Shown in pieces: positions 27,360 to 38,399 of a stretch of 64,000 bases of DNA (within the stretch, counting starts at the first letter, position 1; every line of letters begins with the position of its first letter). A program made the position numbers and the translations under genes. Below the pieces are notes generated by a model. The model worked only from the letters and a program-made list of their open reading frames with translations. It was not told the DNA's origin and searched no databases. The DNA comes from the human T2T-CHM13v2.0 reference genome, Homo sapiens: NCBI RefSeq assembly GCF_009914755.1, contig NC_060946.1; one strand, 5' to 3'.

Positions 27360-27475
27360 ATCTCTGATCTCCAAACCATACAGGGTAAGCACTGCCATCT
27401 CCATTTTGGGGGTGAAAACACAGAGGTCCAAAGTTGGACATGGCACGGGCCTCCCAGCCAGCAAGTGGCTGAACC
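27360..27475. mobile_element. MIR fragment
   Basis: atctccattttgggggtgaaaacacagagg...cccagccagcaagtggc resembles the MIR core. Confidence 0.45.
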
Positions 27476-27821
27476 TCATTTAGGAATCGTTCCATGGAAA
27501 GGAGCAGAGACTCAGATAAGCAGGTGCAGAGCTGGCGAATGCAGGAGCCCAGGCTTGCGCAGGCAGCGTCCTCTCAGCAGTGGGTGAAGAACCTCATTTA
27601 GGAATCGTTCCATGGAAAGGAGCAGAGACTCAGATAAGCAGGTGCAGAGCTGGCGAATGCAGGAGCCCAGGCTTGCACAGGCAGCGTCCTCTCAGCAGTG
27701 GGTGAAGAACCTCAGTTAGGAATTATTCCCTGGAAAGGAGCAGAGACTCAGATAAGCAGGTGCAGAGCTGGCAAATGCTGGAGCCCAGGGCTTGCGCAGG
27801 CAGCGTCCTCTCAGCAGTGGG
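27471..27821. repeat. Tandem repeat, 3 copies of 118 bp
   Basis: gaacctca.ttaggaat...ggagcagagactcagataagcaggtgcagagctgg at 27471, 27589, 27707. Confidence 0.95.
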
Positions 27822-28049
27822 CTTCTGCAGGCAGGCGGATCACCTGATCGCAGCTGTCTGTCCGCTGTCCTGCCTGACCCCTGACCCCTGCAGGGGACCC
27901 TTCTCCTGGGTCACCTTCACTGCACCCCTCTCCTTCAGTGCCTTGACCTCAGACCACAGGGACCTCAACTCCTCCATCCACCCTGGCCTCCTTTCCCCTT
28001 CTCCAGTTCCTCTCCTGCCTTCCCATCTGCTCGTCTGCTCTCCCTTGAT

Positions 28050-28170
28050 GCTCCTTTCCTCAGGGACCTCTCTTTTCACAGTGACCCCTGACCTTCTAGT
28101 TGCCCAATTCCAAGGGCACCCCTGAGGCCTCATTGCACCCGGCCCTGCTGCATCCAATGCCCAATGCAAG
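28050..28170. mobile_element. Degenerate L2 fragment
   Basis: tgaccttctagttgcccaattccaagggcac resembles L2 tgacctccatgttgccaaatccaatgg. Confidence 0.4.
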
Positions 28171-29419
28171 CGGGAGGCCCCCGGCTCCAGGCGGGACGGG
28201 GAGTGTGGAGGGCACCGCCCCAGAGGAAGGGACAGTGCGGGGACTTGGGGACAGTGGGCAAGGCCGCTGAAGCCACACCTCAGAACAGGAACTGGCATTG
28301 GCCAGGGGATGGGGGTCTCTGTGGGCTCCTCCTCTCCAGGCCCACTGCTGGCTCCCCCAGGGGTCTCCATCAGTCTCGGTGGGCAGGTGTCGTTCCTCCA
28401 GGTGGGCTGAACTCAGAGACCCCCACCCTACCCAGGGAAAGGCAACCCGGGCAGCCACCCTCCCCACCCCAGCCTCACTCCCTGTGCGCCGCCTTCACCG
28501 CCGCTCAGCACCCGCCGGCCTTGACCTCACCCAATGGCAGGTTGAGGAGAAACAGACTTGGTGAAATAAGGCCTCAGCACAGCTTTCTGATTGGCCCGGC
28601 AACGCACTTGCCATTAACTTTATGACGCGCTACCCAAAGACTAATTAAACCAGATGGCGGCAAAACCCACGTGGAGGCGCCGAGACATTTTTACGTTTAA
28701 GTTGATCAGAATTAGGTGGAACGGCATATGCTTGTGGAGATTGGGAATTTTTTAACTACATATTAACGGCTTTTCTTAATACTCTTCCTGGTGATCTCAG
28801 CACAATCCACCCCCTTTGTGCCATTTAATTCCTGCGATTCCCATTCCCCTGTCACCGAGACCTCGGGGCCGCGTGGTTTTGGTGTAATTTAAGTGAGTGG
28901 AATATTCAGTGCAGACATCATCACCATCGTCTGTGACATTCGCTGTTGAACGAAATGGGGGCCCGCCCCCAACTCTCGGCAGGAGCTGGTGGGCCTTTTC
29001 CCTGTTGCAGCCTGGGAACGCCTTGGAGAAGGCCATACCCACGGCAAGGTGAGTGCAGCTCTGAACGTTGCAGGGTGAAGCCAGTCTGCACAGGACGTCT
29101 CTACTGGCCTCTGCTTCATGTCCCATTGTGTCTGGGCTCGGGGCATGTGGCTCAGGACAGGGGTGGCCCTTCATGAAATCCCCCAAATTTAGATGGAGGA
29201 GAAGCCACCGCCACGAAGGCAAGTGCCTTCCAGGAGGTTGGTGGCCGCAGCCCCCAGCCAGGCCAGTGCTGACCCACCTCCGGGACACTGCATGTGGCCC
29301 TCACAGTTGTGCCAGGCAGTGCTTGATGGGGAGGGGCTGTGGGGATGTGCACGACCCCATCCAGGTCCTGCTCTCAGAGGGGTCTGGCTGCCCTTACAGA
29401 CTTTCAAACATCTTATGTA

Positions 29420-29610
29420 TTTATTTTTCGCATAGTTAAAATTCACATAACAAAATCAACCCTGTTGAAGATTGCATTCTGCTGGCATCTAGCGCAGCCA
29501 CCATGCTGTACAACCCCACAGTAGCCGAGTTCTCGTTTCCGTCACCCCACAAAAAGCCCCGTGCCTATGAAGCAATCCCTCCCTCTGCAGCCATTCTCCC
29601 AGCCCCGGAA
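29420..29610 (-). mobile_element. L1MB-type 3' end fragment
   Basis: taaaattcacataacaaaatcaacc...tgtacaacc...gtcaccccacaaaaagccccgtgcctatgaagca matches the L1MB 3'UTR pattern. Confidence 0.6.
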
Positions 29611-32347
29611 GCTCCTGCTCTCCCAGACCTTCAGAAGCAAAGGCTGCAGAGGCCTTTCCAGACTGGGCACTCGGACGTCCACCTGAGGTCCTCTCTCTCC
29701 TGCCCCCAGCAGGGAAGCCAAAGCAACTGCTACAGGGCCCAGCTGGCACAGACTCCAGGCCCAGCCAGCACCAGCAGTTGCTCAGCATGCCCCATTCTCC
29801 CCAGGTCCCAGGTCCTGGGTCCCTGACTTCAGAGGGTCCTGGCCACCGAGACGGCTGGCAGATGCAAGATGGGAAGCAGCCCTGACCCCCACCACCTCCT
29901 CCTGGGACACGCCCATGCCCTGCCTCTGCTATCCTTCCTCAGCTGCCTGAGGGCTGGCTGGTGTGAGCCCAGGCTCCTGTAGGGTATGCCAGGAGCAAGC
30001 TGTGACCTGGCCCCGGGCTGTGGAGCCCATGCTACTCTCCACTGAGGATCCTGGGCTGCTCTGTCCCGCGTACGGGCATCCGGGTTCTGATAGCCCGCCG
30101 GGCCCTGGGCCACCAGAGGCCTTGAATTGCGTCCTGGTGACAGTCAGCCCCTTGCATGGGGCACGCACAGACCTGGGCCTAGGCTGGGGCACCGAGATCC
30201 CCACATCCAGCAGCCGCGGTGAGGCTGGCCTGCCTGCTTCCCGGGGCCACCTCTGCCGTGCCGTCTCCTCCCTCTCCCCTGCCCCCTCTGTTGGTTGCTC
30301 CTCCCCCGCCCTCTCTGGGCAGGCACGGCCGGGTGGGGGTGAGGTTCTGGCAAAGCCCCCTCTGTTTTCCAGCCCAGTGGCGCTCACATGTGACGGTGCG
30401 GGGGCAGCCTCGTGAAAAGCCCCTTTGTGTCTCCTCCCTAATTAAGAAATAGCAGCAGGCTCCGGGGGCCCGGGCCCCACGTCCTCTCTGAACGCTGGCC
30501 GTGGTCACAGGCGGCTGGATGGGCAGGCCTAGCAGTGGACTTCAAGGAAGAATCCCCCAGGCCCACCAGGCAGCCCTGCTGCTTTCCGGGGGCTCCTCTC
30601 ACATTGTCAGGCCACCCGGTAGGTCTGGGAGGCTTTCTCCACCCTCGGGTCCCAGGAGCTGAGATGGTACCCGCAGGAGCCCACGTGGGATCTGGGTGTC
30701 TGGACCTGGGGTTTCAGACCTGATTCTCCCTCCTGTTCTGTGGGGCCTCCCTGAGGCTCAGCCCTCCCCTCTGTGAAATGGGGAGAATAAGGCGCTCTGC
30801 CCCCCAGAATCCACATTCAGAGAGCTAGAAGTCCTTCCAGGCCTGGACAAAGAGGTGCCCGTCCTCCCCAAACCAAGGCAGAGGGACATCTGAGAGGGTG
30901 TCCTGAGTCCACCTCCCCCTGTCCCACCTGGGATGTCCGTCTGTGTCTCCTCCGCATAGCTGCCCATGCCCTCAGGAAAACGAGGGCTCTTGTCTCTTTT
31001 CCAGAACCCCAGATTCTGAGGCAAAGGCTCGGAAAGAACCCACAGTTCTCACGGCATTATTGTCACTGAGCGGGTCTTACCCTCCAGCCTGGGAGGCGGA
31101 CTCTCTCAGAGCAGGGGTGCTCAGCAGGGAGGGCTGACCGAGGGGAGCCCTGAGAGACCCCTGACGAGAACAGGGGGCCTGCAGAGGAAACGGGTCCCCT
31201 AAGGTCACGGTCACGCCCAGTGAGACTCCAGCCCAGCTTTCCGGAGTGCTGTGCCCAGGGTCACGCTGGGACAGGCAAGCGGTGTCACCTCTTTTCCTGA
31301 AGACACTTTACACCCATGTGGAAAAGGAGAATGGTACTTTTCACTCACCTGGAGGAGGGACAGAGGCAAGGGCTGCCCCTTCCCCCTTTCTTCCTGGGGT
31401 GACCAGGCGGCCGGCGGTCCCCCAGCTCACCTGTCCGTCAAGAGCTGTCGGACACCCTGGAGGGAGGGCTCACGTCTGCAGTGCAGCAGGGAGGACGCCT
31501 GGGGTCTCCACCCACCGGCTTTGACCTAGCACAATCAACAGCCTTCAGTGGCTGACCCCAGGCCGAGAGCTATAGGGTAGTTTAAATTTGAAAATTAACA
31601 TGGAATCAAAAGAGACAGAGTAATTTTTCATTCTGCTTGAAAGGTTATTTGCTTTCTCAGCCGATGCTTAGTGTACTGATACATGATGTCAAAAGGTAAA
31701 TGATTTTAAACCAGATTCAATTTAAATTTCATTACATATTTGTAGGAGATAGAGGCTCCAAGAATCCCGCGTCTTCCCTTTGAGGACCTTTCACTTTTAA
31801 TAACTCTGGAGCCTAATGCCCTAATCTGTTTATCGCGCAATCGCGTAGTCGCAGGGGCCACGCTTCTCAGACTCAGAATCGGAGCGTCCATGAAACAGGC
31901 TGTGGTCTCCAGGGCGGCCCCTCATGCATCTCGCTGCCACTGACCCTGGGTCTTCTCTGCCATCCCAGGCAGCACACGTGTCCTTTTATGTGAAGGGGGG
32001 GATGCCCTCCTTGAATGCAGACTCGGGGTGTGGGTCCCCTGTGGCTGCTGGGCCACGAGAGAGGGATGGGTGGTGGGAGGCGGGGACAGGCGGGAGGCCT
32101 GGAGTGGGACCAGAAGCAGCTCAGCTGAAACTGGGGGCGGTGGCGGGCAAATCGCGTTCTTCTTGGAGCCCTGGGCTCCTCACGGGCAACTAGAGTGTTC
32201 TGAGCAGCTGAGCCCTTGGGAGTCTCTCTGCAGGAGGGAGGTGAGCCGAGCAGGTCCCGTACCTCTTGCCCATCCCAGTCATGGCTGCACCTTGGACCAG
32301 TCACCTAACCTCTCTGTGCCATGGAAACAGGGTAATGGCAGGGCCAC

Positions 32348-32771
32348 TGTGCAGAGTGGGAAAGTGTCCCCTCAACATTCATGTCCCCTGGAACCTCAGA
32401 ATGTGACTTTACTTGGAAATTGTTTGTTGCAGATGGAATTAGTTAAGATGTGGTCACACGAGAGTTGGATAGGCCCTAAATCCAGTGCCCGGTGTCCTTA
32501 GAAGATGCAGAGAGACCCTGAGACCACCCAGAGGAAGACGCCCTGTGGAAACGGAGGTGGAGATGGGGGTGACGGGCCTGCTAGCCGAGGAGCCGCTGGG
32601 TGGCCAGCCACGCTGGAAGCTGGAGGCCACATGTTTCCCCTGGAGCTCCCAGAAGGAACTGGCCCTGCCGACACTTTGTGGACTTCTGGCCCAGAACTGT
32701 GTGAAGATAATTCCACTGTGTGAGATGCCGGGTTTGTGGGATTTTGTTATGCCGACACAGGCCACTAACAC
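32348..32771 (+). mobile_element. MLT1 (MaLR) solo LTR, MLT1C-like
   Basis: ggaacctcagaatgtgactttacttggaaat...ttgcagatggaattagttaagatg...gccctgccgacac...ttttgttatg are MLT1 hallmarks. Confidence 0.8.
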
Positions 32772-35700
32772 GCCACCCTCGGGGTGTGAGGGTCCCAGTA
32801 CTGACCCCGGCCCAGGTGACACTGGGCATGTGTTGGCTGCTTCCATCCTTCTGTCCATTCCACCGTGCACGGGCTCACCCCGAAGGCCTGGGGCCCAAGG
32901 CTGTTCCAACACCCACCACTTACCCTTCTCGCTGGTGAAGTGGCCAACTGCCATCTGATTCTGCAGGTGGGACACCCTATTGGATGAAGTGTTTCTGGAG
33001 TGGCCCCTGCACCCAGCAGTGCCTTTGTTGGGGATGGAGAGTCAGAATGCCTGCCATCGGGGACTTGAGATTAATTTGGTGGTGGTCCTAGACGGATGTG
33101 AGGGATTTGGAGAGAGACCAGGTGTGGAGGGGCTTTGGGGCAGAGCCGGGGGTGGCCTGACTTGGCTTAATGGGCAGGAAGAGGGGGCATGGAGCTCTCA
33201 GACCAGGGGAATGGGCAGCCTTCCCTGATGTTGCCAGAAACTGCTTCCATGTCCTCTCATCTGGTTTAGGGGCCCCTAAACAAGGGGATCTGGAAGGTCG
33301 GGAAAAGCCCACTGTCTTTCAGACCCTGGGCTTCAGCACATCCCTCAGGCCAGGGCCAGGGCCAGGGGGGGTCGCAGGGTGGGATGACAGGTTGTGATCC
33401 AGGCAGGTGAGGACCTGTCCCCACCGTAAGCAGCCAACCCCTGGAAAAGCCCAGGTGGCTGAGTTCTGCCTGTGTTCAAAAGATGTCTCTTTGTAGGGGA
33501 TGTGTGCGTGGGAGGCTGGAATTTGCTTTGGAAATTAATTGCCTGTTGAATTCTTCCCACCACGGCCGTAACCGTGCAGGATCCAGGGCATGTGAGGAGG
33601 GCTGTGAATGGGCTTCCTCTGGCCCATTTCATCAGTTATTGCCCTATCATCGCTCCTCTGGCTTCATTTACCCAGCAGGACATTGCTTTTACAGGCTCAT
33701 CTGGGCACTTTTAAAAAATAAAGTCAGTGCATTCCAGGAACCCCTCTTCCCGATTTGGGTTTGTTGTATTTTGCAACATCAAACAGTGAGGAGTGGAAGG
33801 TTCCAGATCACGGCCCAGGGACCCCTGGCGTTCAGTTTGCAGACATTCTCTTGCCAGGCAGCCAGCTTTGCTTCCTGTCTGACTTTTGCTCGCCTTTGCC
33901 TCCACCTCGTGCTCCCATTTTCTCTCCTTTCTGCATTGCTAATGATATTGTTTGTTCTCGGTGCCACATAAAAAAAGCACAAGATAATCACCCAGGCATT
34001 AGTCATCATTAAGCTGGTGATAAAAACAAAAAAATTCTAAAGTGCTGTTTCCAGGATGGGTGTCGTGCCTGCGATGAATGGTGTTTATTACAAATGTGAG
34101 TTTCGGGGAGCCATCCCAGCCAGCCGCACGGGAGACGGAGGATGCGTGGCCACAGATGGACCCGATCCGTTAGGTGTAAAAGGTAAATACGGCGAGAAGT
34201 TTCCATCACCACCTGGAACTGCCCCAATCTTCGTTGAATTTGTCATTAAAGCATCGTGCTCATCTGTGGGTGCTGTTGAGGTTCCTTAGCAGGGCTCTCT
34301 GCGTTCACCTGGCATCTGTCAACTTGGAGTTGACATCGGGGCCAGGATGAGCTTCATGTGGAGGGTGTGGAGGGAGGTGGAGCTGTAGCTCCTGCTCAGA
34401 CCAAACTCGGGGAGGGGCTTAGACGACAAGGAGGACAGAGGCCGAGCTCCCGGCCAGCCAGTGCCCACCCTCCGGATGGGGAGCGCATGGTTACTTCCCT
34501 TGCGGCCTTATTCCTTAGGATAGGTATTCCAAGAATACTTGTCTGCAAGTAACGGAACACGTGACCAGCATTGGCTTAAACAGCAAGGACGTTGTTTTGT
34601 TTTTGTTTTTTCCCACGTAGAAGCTGGAGATGGGCAGCCCAAGGCTGACGGTTGCTGTCCAAGACTGGAACCTCCTCCCACCCCTCCCTCTGTCCCCTGC
34701 GTCTACCTGTGGTCTCGGTGGCAGAGCCTGTGGCAGTTCTGGGCCTTGTATCTGTAGGTGGGAAGGGCGGCAGCTGCCTTGGGGGCTCTGAACAGGTGTG
34801 AGGCTCCCGGAATTCCGTCTGTGCCCACAGGCTGGGGGGATGCAGACCCCCCAGGTCCGGAGGCGGCCACCTCCCATCCACTGGCACCGGCGGCCCCAGG
34901 GCTTGGCTCTGTCCTTAGAGTCTCCCTCCCTCAGTGGCTGGTGGGGGCTGGTGGGCTCCCTGGGGCAGTGGTTGTGACTCTACACTCGCGTCCTCCGCTT
35001 CTGGAAACTGAGGCTGCCTGGGGTGGGCGCGGGGCCAGGCAAGGTTAGGCCCCCAACCTCGAGAGGCAACCTGAAGCCCTCCCCAGGCACAGGGCCTGAG
35101 TCCTCTCATCCGCCCCTGGGAGGAAGGCCATTCCCTTCACAGCCCAGGCCATGGGAGAGACTGCCTGGACATCATCTGGGCCTGCCTGGGGTTTTGTGGC
35201 CACTCATGGAGGGTCACCTGGGCCTGTGGGTGGAAGTTTAAGGCCAACTGTAAGTCGGCCCAAGGAGCCCACATGCCCCCAGGCTGGCCTGTCCCTTGGT
35301 GACTCTGGCTGGGAGGCCTCCCTACAGGGCCCTCCAGCTCCAGTATATCGTGGGTCTGCTGTCCACCACGTCCCTGTCCTGGGGGACTAGAGGGTGGGGC
35401 TGCTGAGCACAGGGCAAGACACTTCCAATGGGAGGCCAGGAATAGCTGGAAGGGGCTGCGGCAGCTGGAGCCCCCCATGGCGGGGCTGTGTTGGTTCCTT
35501 CCCAGCAGGAGACCCAGAGCCCATGGGTCACGGTGGAGGATGGCCAGGCTGGATGGGGGCGGCCAGGGAGCCACTGGTGCCCGTGTCAAGGCTTCCAGCT
35601 CACGGGCCTCCATCTCCTCCCCTGCCGCTCGTGCCACAAAACCCTGCTGCGCCCTGCACGGAGCCTCTGCTGGAGGCGGGCTCGGCTTGGTGGGCACTTC

Positions 35701-36390
35701 GTGGCGCTTGGCTCCTGTGCTCCCTGGCTTTGCCGTGGGACAGGGCTGGTGGGCCGGCGGGCAGCCTCCACCAGGGCCAGTTCCACTTAAACACCATCCA
35801 GGGGACCCTACGGGGTAGGATGAAACCAGCCCCTGAGTCAGCAAACTCCCCTGGGCCCTCCTGTGTGGCCGGCTCGCGGCATTCCGCTGGGCTGTGGAGG
35901 TGAATCACTTATCTCCTGGCTGTTGGCTACTTGAGCAGGAAGGAGGCTTGGGATGGAAAACGTTGGGCCTCTGCTTCTGGGAGCCCCGAAGGCTGGCCCG
36001 GGGCCCCGGCTCTCTGCCTTCACCCACACGGGGCTTGGTGCCACATCCCAGGTGCTGCTCCTAGGCCTAGGCTCAGGCCTGCTTGGGCCAGATCAGCCGC
36101 CTGGACTGACCCCAGCCCCTCTGTGCCCAACTTGGGCCAGGGCTGCATGAAGGAGGCATCCCGGGGGCCCAGGAAGGAGCCGCTCCCAGGAACCCCTATT
36201 CCTGGGCAGCCCAGACTTACTACCAAGAGGCTTTAGTGGGAAGCCTGACCCCAACAGCTGAAAATAGGCCAGGCAGACACAAGGCCAGTCTGGGTGTGGA
36301 CGCAGGGTCCTCTCTGCAGAGAGGAGGCTGGCGAGAAGTGTGCCAGGGCTCAGGCGGCTGGCGCTGGCCTTTGAAGGCACCACAGGCCGC

Positions 36391-36454
36391 CCAGGCGAGG
36401 TGCCCACAGCTGCCACTGCACACCCAGGTGAGGTGCCCACAGCTACCACCGCAC
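36391..36454. repeat. ~32-bp tandem duplication
   Basis: ccagg(c/t)gaggtgcccacagct(g/a)ccac(t/c)gcac x2. Confidence 0.75.
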
Positions 36455-37429
36455 GTGGTCCCAACCTGCCCCGCGGCCGGGCTGGCCTGTGATGCCTGTC
36501 AGAGGGCGGAAGCAGGGTGGGAAGATAGCATGATGCGGTCCCCCATTTTTTATTGCCTCTGACCTTATTTTAGTCCATTATGGCTGCTTTTTCGGGATTT
36601 TCTCTCCTCCCTCCCGTCTGGCCAGTTTTCCTTTGTGCGGCTGGCAGCCCACCGCTTCCAACGCTGACCTCAGGGCCTCCATCTCCACGGGCCTCAGGAT
36701 TCTGTCTCAAAAGCCTGCGTGGCTTTGACAGTGTGGGGGCTGGTGGGAGGTTCTGCTGGGCTGCGCCTTTGGCGTTTGGAGTGGAGAGGAAGCTCCTCTT
36801 TCAGGTGCAGGCTCATGTGAGCTCCATGCAGACCTCAGGGATGGAGACGCCCTGCCCTGCATTCCCCAAGGCCACCCTGAGGAGCCCAGCAGTGCCTTGG
36901 CCTAGGCGCTTGGTCAGGGACGCCCTCCCTGCTGGACACTTGGCAGTCAAAACAGGACCTTGGTGGCATCTGGGAAGTTCTGGAACATTCTCAGCCTGAG
37001 ATGCGGAAGAGGCATCAGCCCTCCCCTCCTCCCAAAACACTCGGGATGGCTGGAAGCTGGAGCCTCCGTCCACAGCCCACCCCTTTTAGGGGCCCCCACA
37101 TTGGGCATGGTTAGTTCTCACACGCAGGATCCGGCACACACGCCATCTCGACAAGGATGCCTGGGTGAGTTGCTGCCCTAGCTTGTGGGTGAGACCCTGC
37201 ACCGAGCTTCCCCAGGGCCAACAGGGGTGGGCGGCCAGACGAGGGGTTTACTCTGCACCAGGAGTGGGGAAGCAGTGACTCCCTGTCCCTGCTGGGAAAC
37301 GTGGAGTCTTCCTTACACTGGCAGGACCTTCTGCACCCAGGGCGTTCCTTCCTGTCCCAGGCTCCTGGGGCATTCTCTGATCCAGGCGCGGGTTTCCTGT
37401 GGGTAGTTGAGCCAGGTGTATGTGCCTGG

Positions 37430-37730
37430 CCCTTTCTCCTGCCTCTTCCTCCATCTTCAGAGCCTGTAGAGCCGCAACTTCTCTCCGCCCTGCCCTCAGC
37501 TTTTGTTCTCACATCTTCTCTCCCTGGCTCTGACCTTCCTGCCTCCCCTCAACTTACCAGAACCCTTGTGATGAGTTGGAGCCCACCTGGAGGGTCGAGG
37601 GTCCTCTCCCATCCCAAGACCCTTGACTTAATCACATCTAAAAACGTCCCTTTGCCATGTAGGGTGACCCGGTGACCCATTCACAGGCTCCAGAGATTAG
37701 GAGATGAGCTTCTTTGGGGACATCCCTCGG
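37430..37730 (-). mobile_element. MLT1 (MaLR) LTR fragment, MLT1D/E-like
   Basis: cccttgtgat...cccacctgga...cccatcccaagacccttgacttaatcacatct...ccctttgccatgtagg...cattcacaggctccagagattagga. Confidence 0.7.
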
Positions 37731-38049
37731 CCCAGGGGATGCTCCCCATGGGGGGTCCCATCTTAGGCCGATGCCCTTAGGGTCAGGGAGCAGCCTGGAG
37801 ACCTCCACACAGGGACCCTGGGATACGCTGAGGGCTTGGTCCACACCCCACCCTCACCCCGACAGGTGCCCGCTGCCTGCTCCGCCTGCTGGACTCCGAT
37901 TCCAGTGCTCATTCTTGCCTGCCACCTGCTCCGCCTTCTGGACTCTGCTTCCAGTGCTCATTCTCGCAAATGCCCCTTCCCCCTCCCGGCTGAACCTCTG
38001 CCCAGGTGGAGGCCCTTCCCACTCGGTGGCCCAGGTCCACCCTCTGCCT

Positions 38050-38165
38050 CAGCGGTCCCCAGGCTTGAGCATGCATCCGAATTCCCTGGGGGCTTGTGGA
38101 CCAACAGATCGCTGGACTGAACCCATGGTTTCTGATTCAGGGGTCAGGCCGGGGCCCCAGAAGCT
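38050..38165. mobile_element. MER5A-like DNA transposon fragment
   Basis: cttgagcatgcatccgaattccctggggg...acagatcgctgg...gtttctgattcag resembles MER5A. Confidence 0.6.
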
Positions 38166-38241
38166 GCTGCTGCTGCTGGCCCGGTACCCCGCCTAAAGAA
38201 GCCCTGCCTACCCGAGCCCTCCTGTTCTTCCCTGCCTCCAG

Positions 38242-38399
38242 GCCCCTGCAGAGGCACGGTGGTGTGCACGGCTCATTCTCGCCTTACTCTCCCCATCTGT
38301 GGACGAGGCATCCTGAGGTCGCCCCTGCAGAGGCGTGGAGATGTGTGTGGCTCATTCCCTCCTTACTCTCCCCACCTGTGGACGAGGTGTCCTGAGGTC
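38242..38399. repeat. Diverged ~79-bp tandem duplication
   Basis: gcccctgcagaggc...ggctcattc...ccttactctccc..ctgtggacgagg..tcctgaggtc at 38242 and 38321. Confidence 0.85.
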
